Part shown: one piece after another, positions 18,303-28,730 of the stretch | Layout: each line of letters opens with the position of its first letter | How positions within the stretch are numbered: the first letter of the stretch is position 1 | Position numbers and translations under genes: made by a program | Assembly: GCA_963542015.1 (NCBI GenBank) | Contig: CAUTUX010000007.1 | Span: forward strand, 3,339-67,338 | DNA length: 64,000 nt | Direction: 5' to 3' | DNA from: an uncultured Clostridia bacterium | Lineage (GTDB): Bacteria > Bacillota > Clostridia > Christensenellales > CAG-917 | The notes under the pieces: generated by a model | The model's input: the letters and a program-made list of their open reading frames with translations, nothing else | Databases searched by the model: none | What the model was told of the DNA's origin: nothing

Positions 18303-18890
18303 TTACTCCCTATGCTCTATTACTGAATCAACTAAACCATATTTTTTCGCCTCTTCAGCTGACATATAATAATCTCTATCTGTATCTAATGTAACCTTTT
18401 CCAATGGTTGCTTTGTAACTTTTGATAGGATCGAATTTATTTTGGCTTTCGTTTTCAAAATTTGCTCTGCTTGTATGGCAATATCACTTGCTTGACCTTG
18501 TGCACCACCCAATGGTTGATGAATCATTACCTTTGAATTAGGTAAAGCACTTCTTTTCCCTGGAGCTCCAGCTGCTAATAAAAATGCACCCATAGAAGCT
18601 GCCATTCCTATACATATTGTTGATACATCACACTTGATGTAGTTCATAGTATCGTATATCGCAAAACCAGCAGAAACTGAACCGCCTGGACTATTAATAT
18701 ATAACGAAATATCTTTCTTGCTATCTTTACCTTCAAGATAAATTAGCTGTGCAACAATTAAATCTGCCACATCGTCATCAATTTCACCAGTTAAAAAAAT
18801 AATACGATCTTCAAGCATTCTTGAATATATATCAAAAGACCTCTCTCCTCTTCCAGTTTGCTCAATAACCATTGGTATTAATTTACTCAT
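18303..18890 (-). CDS. clpP: ATP-dependent Clp protease proteolytic subunit
   Basis: 195 aa. [20 protein letters not shown] and MIHQP catalytic-triad context. Confidence 0.95.
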   Translation of the reverse strand: MSKLIPMVIEQTGRGERSFDIYSRMLEDRIIFLTGEIDDDVADLIVAQLIYLEGKDSKKDISLYINSPGGSVSAGFAIYDTMNYIKCDVSTICIGMAASMGAFLLAAGAPGKRSALPNSKVMIHQPLGGAQGQASDIAIQAEQILKTKAKINSILSKVTKQPLEKVTLDTDRDYYMSAEEAKKYGLVDSVIEHRE

Positions 18891-18918
18891 GCTAACCTCT
18901 TAAATATCTTCTATTTTA

Positions 18919-20214
18919 TTAATTGTTTTCTTTTAAGAATTTCTCCACTTTAATATTAAAGATTATTGTTTTCATTCTTTCTTCTGCTTCTTTTGGCATT
19001 TCGCTTTTGTGTTTTTCTAAATTTTCTTTAGTTATATGTTCTTCATTTATTAAATAGCTATCTATATCTTCAGCTGTAACTTCAATCTTTTCAACTTCGC
19101 CTATAGCTTCCATAATTGACCATTCAACAAAACTGTTTTTTTGTTCTTTAAAAATATTATCTTTAAATTCTTGCATTGTCTGTCCTTGATATTTAAGTAG
19201 TTTTTCAAGCTCAAAATGCATATTTGAATAATATTCTTTTAACTGTTCAAATTTCCTATTTGCCAATTCTTCCAAAAACTCATTTTGTAAATTGATTTTT
19301 GTGTCAGAAATTATCTTATCCATAATTTCTTTTAACAATTTTGCATCTGCTTCTGACTCAGCTTTTTTCGTCAATTCATCTTTTATTTTTTTCTTTAATT
19401 CGTCTAATGTTGCACAGTCTGAATTTTCTTTTGCGAATTCATCGTTTAATTCTGCTTTTTTTAATGTAAATACATCATGAATAGTACACTCAAAAATAGC
19501 TTCCTTTGATTTTAATTCTTCGGCATGATAATCATCTGGAAATTTCACTTTTACATCTTTTTTATCTCCAGCTTTTACACCTATTAGCTGTTCTTCAAAT
19601 CCTGGTATAAAAGTTTTTGAACCTAAAGTTAATCTATAATCCTTTGCATCTCCGCCTGGAAATGCCACACCGTCAACCTTACCTAAAAAATCAAAAAATA
19701 CTTCGTCTCCATCTTGTGCCGCTTTATTTTCATTTTCATATGTATTAGCACGGTCTTGTAACTTTTTTAATTCTGCGTTCACTTGATCTGCAGAAATTTT
19801 AACAGCATCTTTTTTAATCCCTAAACCTTTATATTTGCCTAAATGTACTGCTGGCTTTATGAAAAATAAAACTTCTAAATCAAGACCGACTTCTTTAGTT
19901 ATATCCATTTTTTTAGGTTGAGGACTTCCAATAATTTCATCCAAAAACTTATTCTCACTTTCTTTTAGAAATGCGGTTATTAAATTACTATATGCCTCTT
20001 CTATTGCATCTGAATAAAACACTTGCTTTCCATATGTTTTTTCAATTATTGAAAAAGGTACATGACCCTGTCTAAATCCAGGTATCTTAAATTTACTTTT
20101 AGATCTCACAAAAGCGTTATGTATCAACTCATCAAATTCCTTAGGTGATACTTTTGTACCTATGATTAATTCACCATTTTCCTTGTCTTCTTTAATTATT
20201 GAATATCCAGCCAT
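18919..20214 (-). CDS. tig: trigger factor
   Basis: 431 aa. N-terminal ribosome-binding GFRQGHVP and a central FKBP-type domain (FIPGFEEQLIG). GGAGG SD. Confidence 0.9.
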   Translation of the reverse strand: MAGYSIIKEDKENGELIIGTKVSPKEFDELIHNAFVRSKSKFKIPGFRQGHVPFSIIEKTYGKQVFYSDAIEEAYSNLITAFLKESENKFLDEIIGSPQPKKMDITKEVGLDLEVLFFIKPAVHLGKYKGLGIKKDAVKISADQVNAELKKLQDRANTYENENKAAQDGDEVFFDFLGKVDGVAFPGGDAKDYRLTLGSKTFIPGFEEQLIGVKAGDKKDVKVKFPDDYHAEELKSKEAIFECTIHDVFTLKKAELNDEFAKENSDCATLDELKKKIKDELTKKAESEADAKLLKEIMDKIISDTKINLQNEFLEELANRKFEQLKEYYSNMHFELEKLLKYQGQTMQEFKDNIFKEQKNSFVEWSIMEAIGEVEKIEVTAEDIDSYLINEEHITKENLEKHKSEMPKEAEERMKTIIFNIKVEKFLKENN

Positions 20215-20340
20215 TCCATTCCTCCAATGAATTTTGCTAATTTATAAATTTTAACACACTGACAACATAATAGGCAATTGAATCTATCGCTCATTATTTA
20301 AAATAAATATATATAATTATTCTCAATATTGTACTATTTT

Positions 20341-21453
20341 TTAGACAGTATTAGACTTAGTTAATATGCTTTGAGCAACTATCATTGCACTTGCCCATGC
20401 CCAATAAAGGTTATATCCACCACATTCTCCATCAATATCAAGCACTTCTCCAGTTGCATATGCGTTAGGGATTATTGTTGATTCTAAATAATTGTTAAAT
20501 TCGAATAAATTTAACCCTCCAGTAGCGACTTGAGCTGTATTAAACTGACCGTAGCCAACTATATCAAGTCTATATTTCTTAATTGCTTCAACAATTCCAA
20601 CTGACTGTGCGTATCTTTCTAAATTCATGACAATACGGCTATGAAATATGCCATCTAATCCAACTTCTTTTATAAGATTCCTAACTTCAAAAAGTTGATA
20701 GTCCGGCATGAAATCAATATAAAGTTGAGTTGAGTTACTTCTTTGAATTTTACTTGCCATATTGAATGCGACTATTCCAGAAACTCCATCATCTTTAAAT
20801 AATATTTCCCCAGTTTCATGCTGATTGGTTATGCTTAAGGTTACTTTAACTCTTATTCCAGATAACCCTTTAATTTTTTCTTTATCTGTTTTTATGTATG
20901 TAAGGGCAGGTTGAAAATCAACTTTTGAGTGCCCCAGCTTTACATATAAGTCAGTACTATCAATTCCACCACTAGCGTTCGAGCCAGTAGCTAAAACAAT
21001 TGTTTTAGAATGTATTTCTTTTCCGCCATCAGTTGTTAATGTAAAAATATTATCTTTTTTTATGTCTGTAATTTTCGTATCAGTATAGGCATCAACATTA
21101 TTTAAATTCTTTCTCAGTATATTAAGTACTGTATTTGCGTTTTCACTATACGGATATATCCTTCCATCAATGTTTTTGCATAGTAATCCAAGGTGTAAAA
21201 ATTTATTGATGATTTCATCAACTGTTATGCGCTCTGTAACACTCTTAATAAATTTAGGATTATTGTATTTAGATGGATCTATCTTTTGATTTAATAGATT
21301 ACATTTACCGTTACCCGATGCTAATATCTTTCTTCCAACTCTATCTTTAGCTTCAATAATGGCGACCTTACATTTGTCGTGTAAAAGATTAGCCAAAAAA
21401 AGTCCACTGGCACCACCACCAATTATTACTAAGTCATATAGTTCCTTGACCAT
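20341..21453 (-). CDS. NAD(P)/FAD-dependent oxidoreductase, HI0933/BaiN family (second paralogue)
   Basis: DLVIIGGGASGLFLA, GNGKCN and GEVLDIDGECGGYNL. Start moved from the track's TTG at 21480 to ATG 21453 (MVKELYDLVIIGGG). Confidence 0.75.
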   Translation of the reverse strand: MVKELYDLVIIGGGASGLFLANLLHDKCKVAIIEAKDRVGRKILASGNGKCNLLNQKIDPSKYNNPKFIKSVTERITVDEIINKFLHLGLLCKNIDGRIYPYSENANTVLNILRKNLNNVDAYTDTKITDIKKDNIFTLTTDGGKEIHSKTIVLATGSNASGGIDSTDLYVKLGHSKVDFQPALTYIKTDKEKIKGLSGIRVKVTLSITNQHETGEILFKDDGVSGIVAFNMASKIQRSNSTQLYIDFMPDYQLFEVRNLIKEVGLDGIFHSRIVMNLERYAQSVGIVEAIKKYRLDIVGYGQFNTAQVATGGLNLFEFNNYLESTIIPNAYATGEVLDIDGECGGYNLYWAWASAMIVAQSILTKSNTV

Positions 21454-21459
21454 ATAAAC

Positions 21460-21488
21460 ATAGTAAAGAAAAAGTAACAATTTGACAA
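21460..21488 (-). promoter_or_regulatory. sigma70-type promoter TTGTCA-17-TACTAT, leaderless configuration
   Basis: -35 at 21488..21483 and -10 at 21465..21460, then 6 nt (gtttat) to ATG 21453. No SD. Confidence 0.5.
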
Positions 21489-21510
21489 TAAAGGGAATTT
21501 AGGATAATTT
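21482..21510 (+). promoter_or_regulatory. promoter of tRNA-Val: TTGACA-17-TAATTT
   Basis: -35 at 21482-21487 and -10 at 21505-21510. The mature tRNA 5' end is at 21520. Its -35 overlaps the -35 of the divergent minus-strand promoter. Confidence 0.5.
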
Positions 21511-21519
21511 AAAACGCAT

Positions 21520-21596
<77 letters not shown>

Positions 21597-21681
21597 ACCA
21601 AAATTAATAGCTAACACAAGGCAAACTTCTTTAAAACCCAATAAGAATCAGCAAAAAACAACTGATCAAAGTTATAAGATA

Positions 21682-23949
21682 TTAAATTGTTAATGCTTTT
21701 CTGTATGCACCCTTTGTTGCTTCAAATATCTTTGCAACAGAGAAACTATCGCCTAATAAATATACTTCTTTAGCTAAATTTGTCTTTTGTGCTTCATAGA
21801 AAAGTGCATTATTTGGTTTGGCTCCCATAGCAAGTATTACTGCATCAACTTTAAGATTTTGCTTAATAAATTTATCTTTAACTTTTTTCTCTAATGGATT
21901 AATTACATTTTCAGGCAAAATTGGTGCCCATGTAACATATGCATCCTTTGTATTCTTACCATCGTTCTTTTCAAGGACTATGCTATCTTCTTTAATTTCA
22001 AGTAATTTAGTGTAGTTATATAACTGCACATTACCTTCTTCAAGTGTGTGGATTATATGTCCTCTATTTGCGGTACATGTATGATTCATGAAGTATGGTG
22101 ACATTTCTATAACACTGATAGTTCCTTTATCATATCCTTTTTCATAGCGTAAGAAATATGCAACTTCACAACCTACAACGCCACCACCAATAATTGCAAT
22201 ATTTTTGGCATCTTTCAAAATATCTGAATTATTTAGAACATCTATCGCAGTATATACATTTTTACCGTCAATCCCTTTTATTCTAGGCTTGATTTGATTT
22301 GAACCTGTTGCAAATAAAATTGCATCATATTTACCTTTCAAAAGCTCTGGCGTCGCTTCAATATTCATTAGCATCTTAAATTTTGGATTTTTAGTAAACT
22401 TATCCTCAACGCAATGTTTTAAATAATCTAAATAGTTCGCAACCTCATATTTAATTTTCGGACCAGAACCATTAAATACATTTCCACCAATTTTTACATC
22501 TTTTTCATAAAGATCAACTGAATGTCCTCTCTTTAAAAGAACATCTGTTGCAACTATACCAGCAGGACCAGCTCCGATTACTGCTACTTTTTTAGACTTT
22601 TCTGCCTTTTGAATTTCTTCAGGCAACTCGAATTCAAATGATGTTCTTGGGTTAACTGCACATTGTGGATGTCCACCCTCAACAAACTCATTTACACAAG
22701 CTTCCTGGCATCCAATACATGGTCTTATGTCTTTCACATCACCTTTAAATGCTTTGTTTGCCCAATCAGCATCAGCAAGTAAAGGTCTTCCCAACATTAC
22801 CATGTCACATTTACCATCTATCAATGCTTGTTCTGCAAGATCTGGATATCCAAGCTTACCAACTGCAACAATCGGTATTTCTAATCCTTTATTTGATAAA
22901 ATATTATTCTTTTTAAAGTACTCTTTCGTTATTTGAGCAATGTCACAATAACATCCTGATGGCATTGATGCAGGTGGATGTGGCAACCACCAGTTATCAT
23001 AACATCCAATATCCACATCAAACATATCGACGCCAGCTTTAACTAAATTTTTCATATAGCTGAGTGATTGTTCTATTGTTCTTCCACCCTTGAACTTTTT
23101 CAAAGTTGAAACTTTATTCATTCTGTCTTTATATGTTTCTTCAAGTGCAAGTGATAAATCAATTCTATACATTATTGGGAAGTTATCACCTACTCTTTTT
23201 CTTATCTCTTCAACCATTTCAATACCGAAACGCTGATAATCTGCATATTTACCTAATACTCTCCTATTAAATGCTGGATTTGTTAATTGTTCGATAAGGT
23301 ATCCTTCATGTCCATGAATATATATACCGTCAAGGTTACAAGTCTTAGCATCAGCTGCACCTTGCCCAATTCTCTTAATTATCTTGTTAATTGAAGAATC
23401 TGACAATCTTAAACATGGTACTTCCTTCATGTACCAGTTTGGATTAAATGAAGCACTGCGTGGAAACTTTAATTGATTAACTAAACACTGTGGATTTCCA
23501 ACACGACCAAGCCCGGCTGTTAACTGTATAAATATTTTTGAACCATGAGCGTGACATGCTGATGCAAGATCTCTCCATCCACTAAAGACTGTTCTTGATC
23601 TATCTATTCTTGGAAAATATGTTAATTTTCCTTTTTCAATCAGTGAAGTATCAATTCCATATGTTACAGGAATAAGTCCTGTTGTAATCAAACCTACTCC
23701 ACCTTTGGCTCGTTCCTCGAAATATTTAATCATCATTTCATTAGGTCTACCAGTTTCTTCACACATTGAAATATTTCCCATTGGAGCCATTACAAGTCTA
23801 TTTTTGATAGTACATGTGTTTACCTGAACTGGTGAAAAAATATTTTTATAAGGATACAACTTATTTGTCATCTTTGGTGTATCAAAACCGTGATTCCACC
23901 AATCGCCGAACTTACCTAATAAATCTTGAATTAATTGATCTTTCCCCAT
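21682..23949 (-). CDS. OYE-like NADH:flavin oxidoreductase fused to an FAD/NAD(P) domain (2-enoate / 2,4-dienoyl-CoA reductase family)
   Basis: 755 aa. N-terminal TIM-barrel OYE motifs (NRLVMAPM, GHEGYL), a 4Fe-4S motif CIGCQEACVNEFVEGGHPQCAVNP, and two GxGxxG folds (VIGAGPAG, IIGGGVVG). Confidence 0.8.
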   Translation of the reverse strand: MGKDQLIQDLLGKFGDWWNHGFDTPKMTNKLYPYKNIFSPVQVNTCTIKNRLVMAPMGNISMCEETGRPNEMMIKYFEERAKGGVGLITTGLIPVTYGIDTSLIEKGKLTYFPRIDRSRTVFSGWRDLASACHAHGSKIFIQLTAGLGRVGNPQCLVNQLKFPRSASFNPNWYMKEVPCLRLSDSSINKIIKRIGQGAADAKTCNLDGIYIHGHEGYLIEQLTNPAFNRRVLGKYADYQRFGIEMVEEIRKRVGDNFPIMYRIDLSLALEETYKDRMNKVSTLKKFKGGRTIEQSLSYMKNLVKAGVDMFDVDIGCYDNWWLPHPPASMPSGCYCDIAQITKEYFKKNNILSNKGLEIPIVAVGKLGYPDLAEQALIDGKCDMVMLGRPLLADADWANKAFKGDVKDIRPCIGCQEACVNEFVEGGHPQCAVNPRTSFEFELPEEIQKAEKSKKVAVIGAGPAGIVATDVLLKRGHSVDLYEKDVKIGGNVFNGSGPKIKYEVANYLDYLKHCVEDKFTKNPKFKMLMNIEATPELLKGKYDAILFATGSNQIKPRIKGIDGKNVYTAIDVLNNSDILKDAKNIAIIGGGVVGCEVAYFLRYEKGYDKGTISVIEMSPYFMNHTCTANRGHIIHTLEEGNVQLYNYTKLLEIKEDSIVLEKNDGKNTKDAYVTWAPILPENVINPLEKKVKDKFIKQNLKVDAVILAMGAKPNNALFYEAQKTNLAKEVYLLGDSFSVAKIFEATKGAYRKALTI

Positions 23950-24009
23950 ATATATACCCCATCTTTTTTATTTTAACACATTGAAAAGTTAATTTTAACA
24001 GTTAATTTT

Positions 24010-24537
24010 TTAATTACCTTCAAACTTTTTATAACTGCCTTTCAACAACCCAAGTTCAAATTCGCCACACATATTAAACTTCATTGTTTTTCCAAAAATA
24101 TTTGTTTCAACATATTCAAGTACGGTTTCGGTTTCATCAAGACCCACATATGCATATCTTATCTTTGCTCCTCCACTCTTGAATTGCCCCGTTTGAAATA
24201 CTTTCATACCAGCACTTTCAGCCTCTGCAACTGCACTATCAAGATTCTTAACATCATACTGAATGTGATGAATGTGAGATTTTTTATTTTTTAAGGCATT
24301 TGTATAAATGTTTTCTTCACCTTCTGTTTTTATTAGCTCTATAACTGTATGACCATTTCCACCAAACACAAGTCTTGCTGAAGAATTTGAAGGTTTACCG
24401 TGATACTTAATTTTAATACCATCATCGTAAATTATTTCATACCATTTCTTTATACCAAGCACTTTGGTGTATAAATCAACCGCCTTTTGCAAATCATCTA
24501 CTATAACCCCGATGTGCCCTATTTTACTGCTTTTCAT
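24010..24537 (-). CDS. VOC (glyoxalase/bleomycin-resistance/dioxygenase) family protein
   Basis: 175 aa. IGHIGVIVDDLQKAVDLYTKVLG N-terminal VOC motif and a second half with HHIQYDV. Confidence 0.7.
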   Translation of the reverse strand: MKSSKIGHIGVIVDDLQKAVDLYTKVLGIKKWYEIIYDDGIKIKYHGKPSNSSARLVFGGNGHTVIELIKTEGEENIYTNALKNKKSHIHHIQYDVKNLDSAVAEAESAGMKVFQTGQFKSGGAKIRYAYVGLDETETVLEYVETNIFGKTMKFNMCGEFELGLLKGSYKKFEGN

Positions 24538-25384
24538 TTTCTGCCCCTTTTTGAAATTTATATGCTGTCAAAGTATTTTTAATTAACATTGTAACTGTCA
24601 TAGGTCCGACGCCTCCTGGCACTGGTGTAATGTACTTCACCTTATCAATTGCACTTCTTTCGACATCTCCGCACAATTTACCATCACTATCTCTGTTTAT
24701 GCCTACATCTATTACAACTGAATCTTCATTTAACATATCAGCTTTTACAAAGTTCGCCTTACCTATAGCTACACAGACAATATCTGCATTTTTAATTAAT
24801 ACTGGTATGTTTTTAGTATGTGAATGTGCAATCGTTACTGTCCCATTGCTTTGCAACATCAACTCAGCCAATGGTCTTCCAACAAGGTTTGACCTTCCAA
24901 TTATCAACACATTCTTCCCGTCTACAGAAATTTTATATTCTTTTAGCAGTTCCATAACTCCCAATGGAGTACATGGTACAAGTTGGTTTTTTTGTGTAAA
25001 TAATTTCCCTTTTTGGATGTAATGACAACCATCTACATCTTTATGAAAATCTATGCTATTTAATACTGCATCTTCATCAATACCTTTTGGTAACGGAAGT
25101 TGAACAATTATGCCATTAACACTTTTATCTTTGTTTAACTGATTAACAACATCAATTATTTCATTTTGATTCGCCGTCTCATCTAAGCGTATTAGCTTTG
25201 ACTGCGTACCAACATAGTCACAACAATTAATCTTATTTCTTACATAAATTTCAGAGGCTTTATTATTGCCTACTAAAACAACAGCAAGACAAACTGTTTC
25301 ACCATTTTTATTTAGTTTTGATATTTCTTCCTTAACTTCATCTTTTATTTTTTGTGAAACAAGTTTACCATCCAAGATCATCAA
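24524..25384 (-). CDS. folD: bifunctional methylenetetrahydrofolate dehydrogenase/cyclohydrolase
   Basis: 286 aa. ILDGK start, GRSNLVGRPLAELM and PVPGGVGPMTV. Confidence 0.95.
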   Translation of the reverse strand: MMILDGKLVSQKIKDEVKEEISKLNKNGETVCLAVVLVGNNKASEIYVRNKINCCDYVGTQSKLIRLDETANQNEIIDVVNQLNKDKSVNGIIVQLPLPKGIDEDAVLNSIDFHKDVDGCHYIQKGKLFTQKNQLVPCTPLGVMELLKEYKISVDGKNVLIIGRSNLVGRPLAELMLQSNGTVTIAHSHTKNIPVLIKNADIVCVAIGKANFVKADMLNEDSVVIDVGINRDSDGKLCGDVERSAIDKVKYITPVPGGVGPMTVTMLIKNTLTAYKFQKGAENEKQ

Positions 25385-25392
25385 ATCACCAA

Positions 25393-26898
25393 TTAACGAT
25401 CTTTATATGCATTGTTTTTAAGTATTACATCATGTGCTCCACCCTCAACAATGCTTGTTGCTGAAACTAAGGTTAACTTAGCTGTTTTGTGTAAATCTGG
25501 GATCGTTGTTACCCCGCAGTTACACATGGTTGATTTTACTTTATATAAACTTTTTGAAACATTATCTTTTAAACTTCCAGCGTATGGAACATAGCTATCA
25601 ACACCTTCTTCAAAACTCAATTTGCTCTTTCCGCCCAAATCATATCTTTGCCAGTTTCTTGCTCTGTTACTTCCTTCGCCCCAATACTCTTTAACATATG
25701 TTCCGTTAATGTTCACTTTGTTTGTTGGGCTCTCATCGAACCTTGCAAAGTATCTTCCTAACATGATGAAGTCAGCCCCCATAGCCAGAGCAAGGGTCAT
25801 ATGATAATCATGTACGATACCACCATCAGAACATATTGGTATATAAATTCCAGTTTCTTTAAAATATTCATCTCTTGCTTTTGCAACTTCAATTAAGGCC
25901 GTGGCTTGTCCTCTACCAATACCTTTTTGTTCTCTAGTGATACAAATAGAACCACCACCAATTCCAACTTTTATGAAGTCAGCCCCAGCATTTGCTAAAA
26001 AGAGAAACCCGTCCTTATCAACAACATTTCCAGCACCGACTCTAACTTTGCCTTTATATTTATTGTGGATCCACTCAAGAGTGTTCTTTTGCCAAATCGT
26101 ATGACCTTCAGAAGAATCAATGCACAAAACATCCGCCCCCGCATCAACTAATGCTGGAACTCTTTCTTCGTAATCCAGAGTGTTGATACCTGCTCCAACT
26201 AAATAGCTTTTATTAACATCTAGAAGTTCATTAGGATTTTCTTTGTGTTCTTCATAGTCTTTTCTGAAAACAAAAGATTGTAGATGCCCATTTTTATCAA
26301 TTATTGGTAAGGCATTAATTTTCTTTTCCCAGATTATGTCATTGGCATCGTTCAAAGTTATTCCATCTTCAGCCGTTATTAATTTTTCAATTGGAGTCAT
26401 AAAAGTTTCAACTTTTGTTTTTAAATCCATCTTTGAAACTCTATAGTCTCTGCTTGTTATGAGACCTAATAACTTTCCATTTGCTTCACCGTTTTCTGTA
26501 ACGGCAATTGTGTTGTGTCCCTTTGTCTCTACAAGATCTACTACATCTTGAAGCGTTGAGCCTATTTTTAAATTACTATCTGAAACCACAAATCCGGACT
26601 TATATAATTTAACTCTTCTTATCATTTGAGCTTCACTTTCAATACTTTGTGAACCATATATAAATGAAATTCCACCCTGCTTTGCTAATGCAATTGCAAG
26701 AGTATCATTTGATACAGATTGCATGATCGCAGACACTAAAGGAATGTTTAAAGAATATTCAGGTTTCTTTCCCTTTTTGAATTTTACCAAAGGTGTCTGA
26801 AGTGATACATTGCTCGGAATACAGTTTTGATCAGTATATCCAGGTACCAAAAGATATTCACTGAATGTTCTTGATGGTTCTTCAAATATTTTTGCCAT
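25393..26898 (-). CDS. guaB: IMP dehydrogenase
   Basis: 501 aa. CBS pair insert and catalytic loop [11 protein letters not shown]. Confidence 0.95.
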   Translation of the reverse strand: MAKIFEEPSRTFSEYLLVPGYTDQNCIPSNVSLQTPLVKFKKGKKPEYSLNIPLVSAIMQSVSNDTLAIALAKQGGISFIYGSQSIESEAQMIRRVKLYKSGFVVSDSNLKIGSTLQDVVDLVETKGHNTIAVTENGEANGKLLGLITSRDYRVSKMDLKTKVETFMTPIEKLITAEDGITLNDANDIIWEKKINALPIIDKNGHLQSFVFRKDYEEHKENPNELLDVNKSYLVGAGINTLDYEERVPALVDAGADVLCIDSSEGHTIWQKNTLEWIHNKYKGKVRVGAGNVVDKDGFLFLANAGADFIKVGIGGGSICITREQKGIGRGQATALIEVAKARDEYFKETGIYIPICSDGGIVHDYHMTLALAMGADFIMLGRYFARFDESPTNKVNINGTYVKEYWGEGSNRARNWQRYDLGGKSKLSFEEGVDSYVPYAGSLKDNVSKSLYKVKSTMCNCGVTTIPDLHKTAKLTLVSATSIVEGGAHDVILKNNAYKDR

Positions 26899-26911
26899 AT
26901 TTGTGCTACTC

Positions 26912-27442
26912 CTAAATTGTTAAAACGGTAATATGATTATTTGTATAAACACAAAGTTCACTTGCAATTTCTAATGACTTTCTTGCAATTTCTTCAGCAC
27001 TGAGATTTGTTTCTGCATTAAGTGCTCTTGCTGCTGCCAATGCGTAGTTACCGCCACTACCAATCGCACATATTCCACTTTCAGGTTCAATAACCTCACC
27101 AGAACCAGCTATGAGATACATCGCAGTTTTATCTGCAACAATCATCAATGCATCCAAAACTCTTGACTGATTTTTTCTCCACTGCTGTGCCAATTCAACC
27201 GCAGCTCTCATTAAGTTACCACTATATTTTTCTAACATTTCTTCGAATTTTTCAGAAAGTGCAAAGGCATCAGCTACTGACCCTGCAAAACCTAAAATTA
27301 CCTTTTCATTAAATATTCTTTTTACCTTAACAGCATTACCTTTCATGATAACTCTTTCACCCATAGTTACCTGACCATCTCCAGCGATTGCTGTAATTCC
27401 ATTCTTTTTAATTGCACAAATTGTTGTTCCCTTAAAATCCAT
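26912..27442 (-). CDS. hslV: ATP-dependent protease subunit HslV (ClpQ)
   Basis: 176 aa. [15 protein letters not shown] (Thr active-site region after a short propeptide, as in Bacillus ClpQ) and GSGGNYA. Confidence 0.9.
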   Translation of the reverse strand: MDFKGTTICAIKKNGITAIAGDGQVTMGERVIMKGNAVKVKRIFNEKVILGFAGSVADAFALSEKFEEMLEKYSGNLMRAAVELAQQWRKNQSRVLDALMIVADKTAMYLIAGSGEVIEPESGICAIGSGGNYALAAARALNAETNLSAEEIARKSLEIASELCVYTNNHITVLTI

Positions 27443-28730
27443 TGATAACCTCTTGTTTATATTTGTTTATATCTATACAAGCTCTATTATAGTATGCTTT
27501 ATTCCTTTCTGTCTTGTTTTTTATCTCTATTTTGTTTAAAAGCCCAAAATTGGCATTCATCGGTTGAAAATGAACATTTTTAGAATGGATATATCTGATT
27601 AATGCCCCAGAAATGGTGTTTTCTCCAGGTATTTTGAATTCAATTTTTCTTATATAGGCATCAACAGCAATTGCCGTATATAAGCCACTCATAATACTTT
27701 CAACATACCCTTCAACTCCAGTAACTTGACCTGCTAGAAAGATGTTTTCATTATCTTTTAATGAAAAATTCATGTTTAAAAGTTCTGGACTGTCAATGAA
27801 CATATTTTTATGCATTGATCCATATCTTAAGTACTCTGCATTTTTGAGTGCAGGTATGATTGAGAATACTCTCTTTTGTTCACTATATTTGAGATTTGTT
27901 TGAAAACCCACAAGATTAAAACAGTTGCCTTGTATATTCTCTTTTCTAGCTTGAACAACGGCATAGTATCTTTCACCATTTTGACCATATATCCCAACTG
28001 GCTTTAGTGGACCAAATCTCATTGAATCAACCCCAGTCTTTGCTATTAATTCAATAGGCATACACCCTTGAAATAGTTCCCGTTTTTCAAAGTCATGCAA
28101 TTCAACTACATCAGCAGAAATTAAATTATTATAGAAATTGAGATACTCTTCTTTGCTCATTGGAAGATTTAAATAGTCCGCATCTCCTTTCCCATATCGT
28201 GATGAAAAAAATGCACTATTCATATCAATACTATCTGCATCAATTATCGGAGCAATTGCATCATAGAAATGAAATCTATTATTTGGAAAAAGTTCATTGC
28301 ATAATTTTTCACTACTTAGTGGCCCAGTTGCTATAATCCAAATTCCGTCGTCATCAATCTGTATGACTTCTTTTCTTATAAGTTTGAATTTATCAAAACT
28401 ATTTAATTTCTCAAGAACTTTATTTGAAAATTTTTTTCTGTCAACACATAGTGCACTTCCACCAGGAACTGCACACAACTTTGCAAGTTCAAGCAACCTA
28501 CAACCAAGAACCTCTAACTCTTTTTTTAAAGTTCCTGATGCAGTGCCTTCGTCCATTGATTTTAGTGAGTTTGAACAAACTAGTTCAGCAATATCACCAG
28601 TCTTATGAGCTCCAGTTTGAAAGTCTGGACGCATTTCATAAAGGTTAACGGCATATCCTCTTTCTAACAGCTGAATCGCTGTTTCAGAACCACTTAATCC
28701 TCCACCAACAATGTTAATTGTTTTCATCAT
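27432..28730 (-). CDS. trmFO: methylenetetrahydrofolate--tRNA-(uracil54-C5)-methyltransferase
   Basis: 432 aa. [15 protein letters not shown] and [12 protein letters not shown] motifs. The topA-trmFO order matches Bacillus. Confidence 0.9.
   Translation of the reverse strand: MMKTINIVGGGLSGSETAIQLLERGYAVNLYEMRPDFQTGAHKTGDIAELVCSNSLKSMDEGTASGTLKKELEVLGCRLLELAKLCAVPGGSALCVDRKKFSNKVLEKLNSFDKFKLIRKEVIQIDDDGIWIIATGPLSSEKLCNELFPNNRFHFYDAIAPIIDADSIDMNSAFFSSRYGKGDADYLNLPMSKEEYLNFYNNLISADVVELHDFEKRELFQGCMPIELIAKTGVDSMRFGPLKPVGIYGQNGERYYAVVQARKENIQGNCFNLVGFQTNLKYSEQKRVFSIIPALKNAEYLRYGSMHKNMFIDSPELLNMNFSLKDNENIFLAGQVTGVEGYVESIMSGLYTAIAVDAYIRKIEFKIPGENTISGALIRYIHSKNVHFQPMNANFGLLNKIEIKNKTERNKAYYNRACIDINKYKQEVINGF

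Noticed and set aside
20341-21480. Longest-ORF starts at non-ATG codons for several genes: 21480 TTG, 33376 TTG, 56939 TTG, 11436 GTG. Also upstream ATGs at 51945, 52751 and 58383.
   Set aside because: In each case a downstream ATG has a much better SD or promoter context (GGAGG/GAGGGG at 5-8 nt, or a leaderless -10). It also gives the N-terminus expected for the family, so the shorter coordinates were used.
23950-24009. Riboswitch, T-box or other cis-regulatory RNA in the remaining intergenic spacers (also 20215-20340, 21597-21681, 33377-33538, 49140-49282, 50930-50973)
   Set aside because: These spacers are short and AT-rich. By eye they contain only promoter or SD elements or very weak hairpins. 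I could not recognise any conserved riboswitch core (no purine, lysine, FMN, THF or T-box specifier/T-box sequence). A covariance-model scan (Rfam/Infernal) would be needed to exclude them formally.
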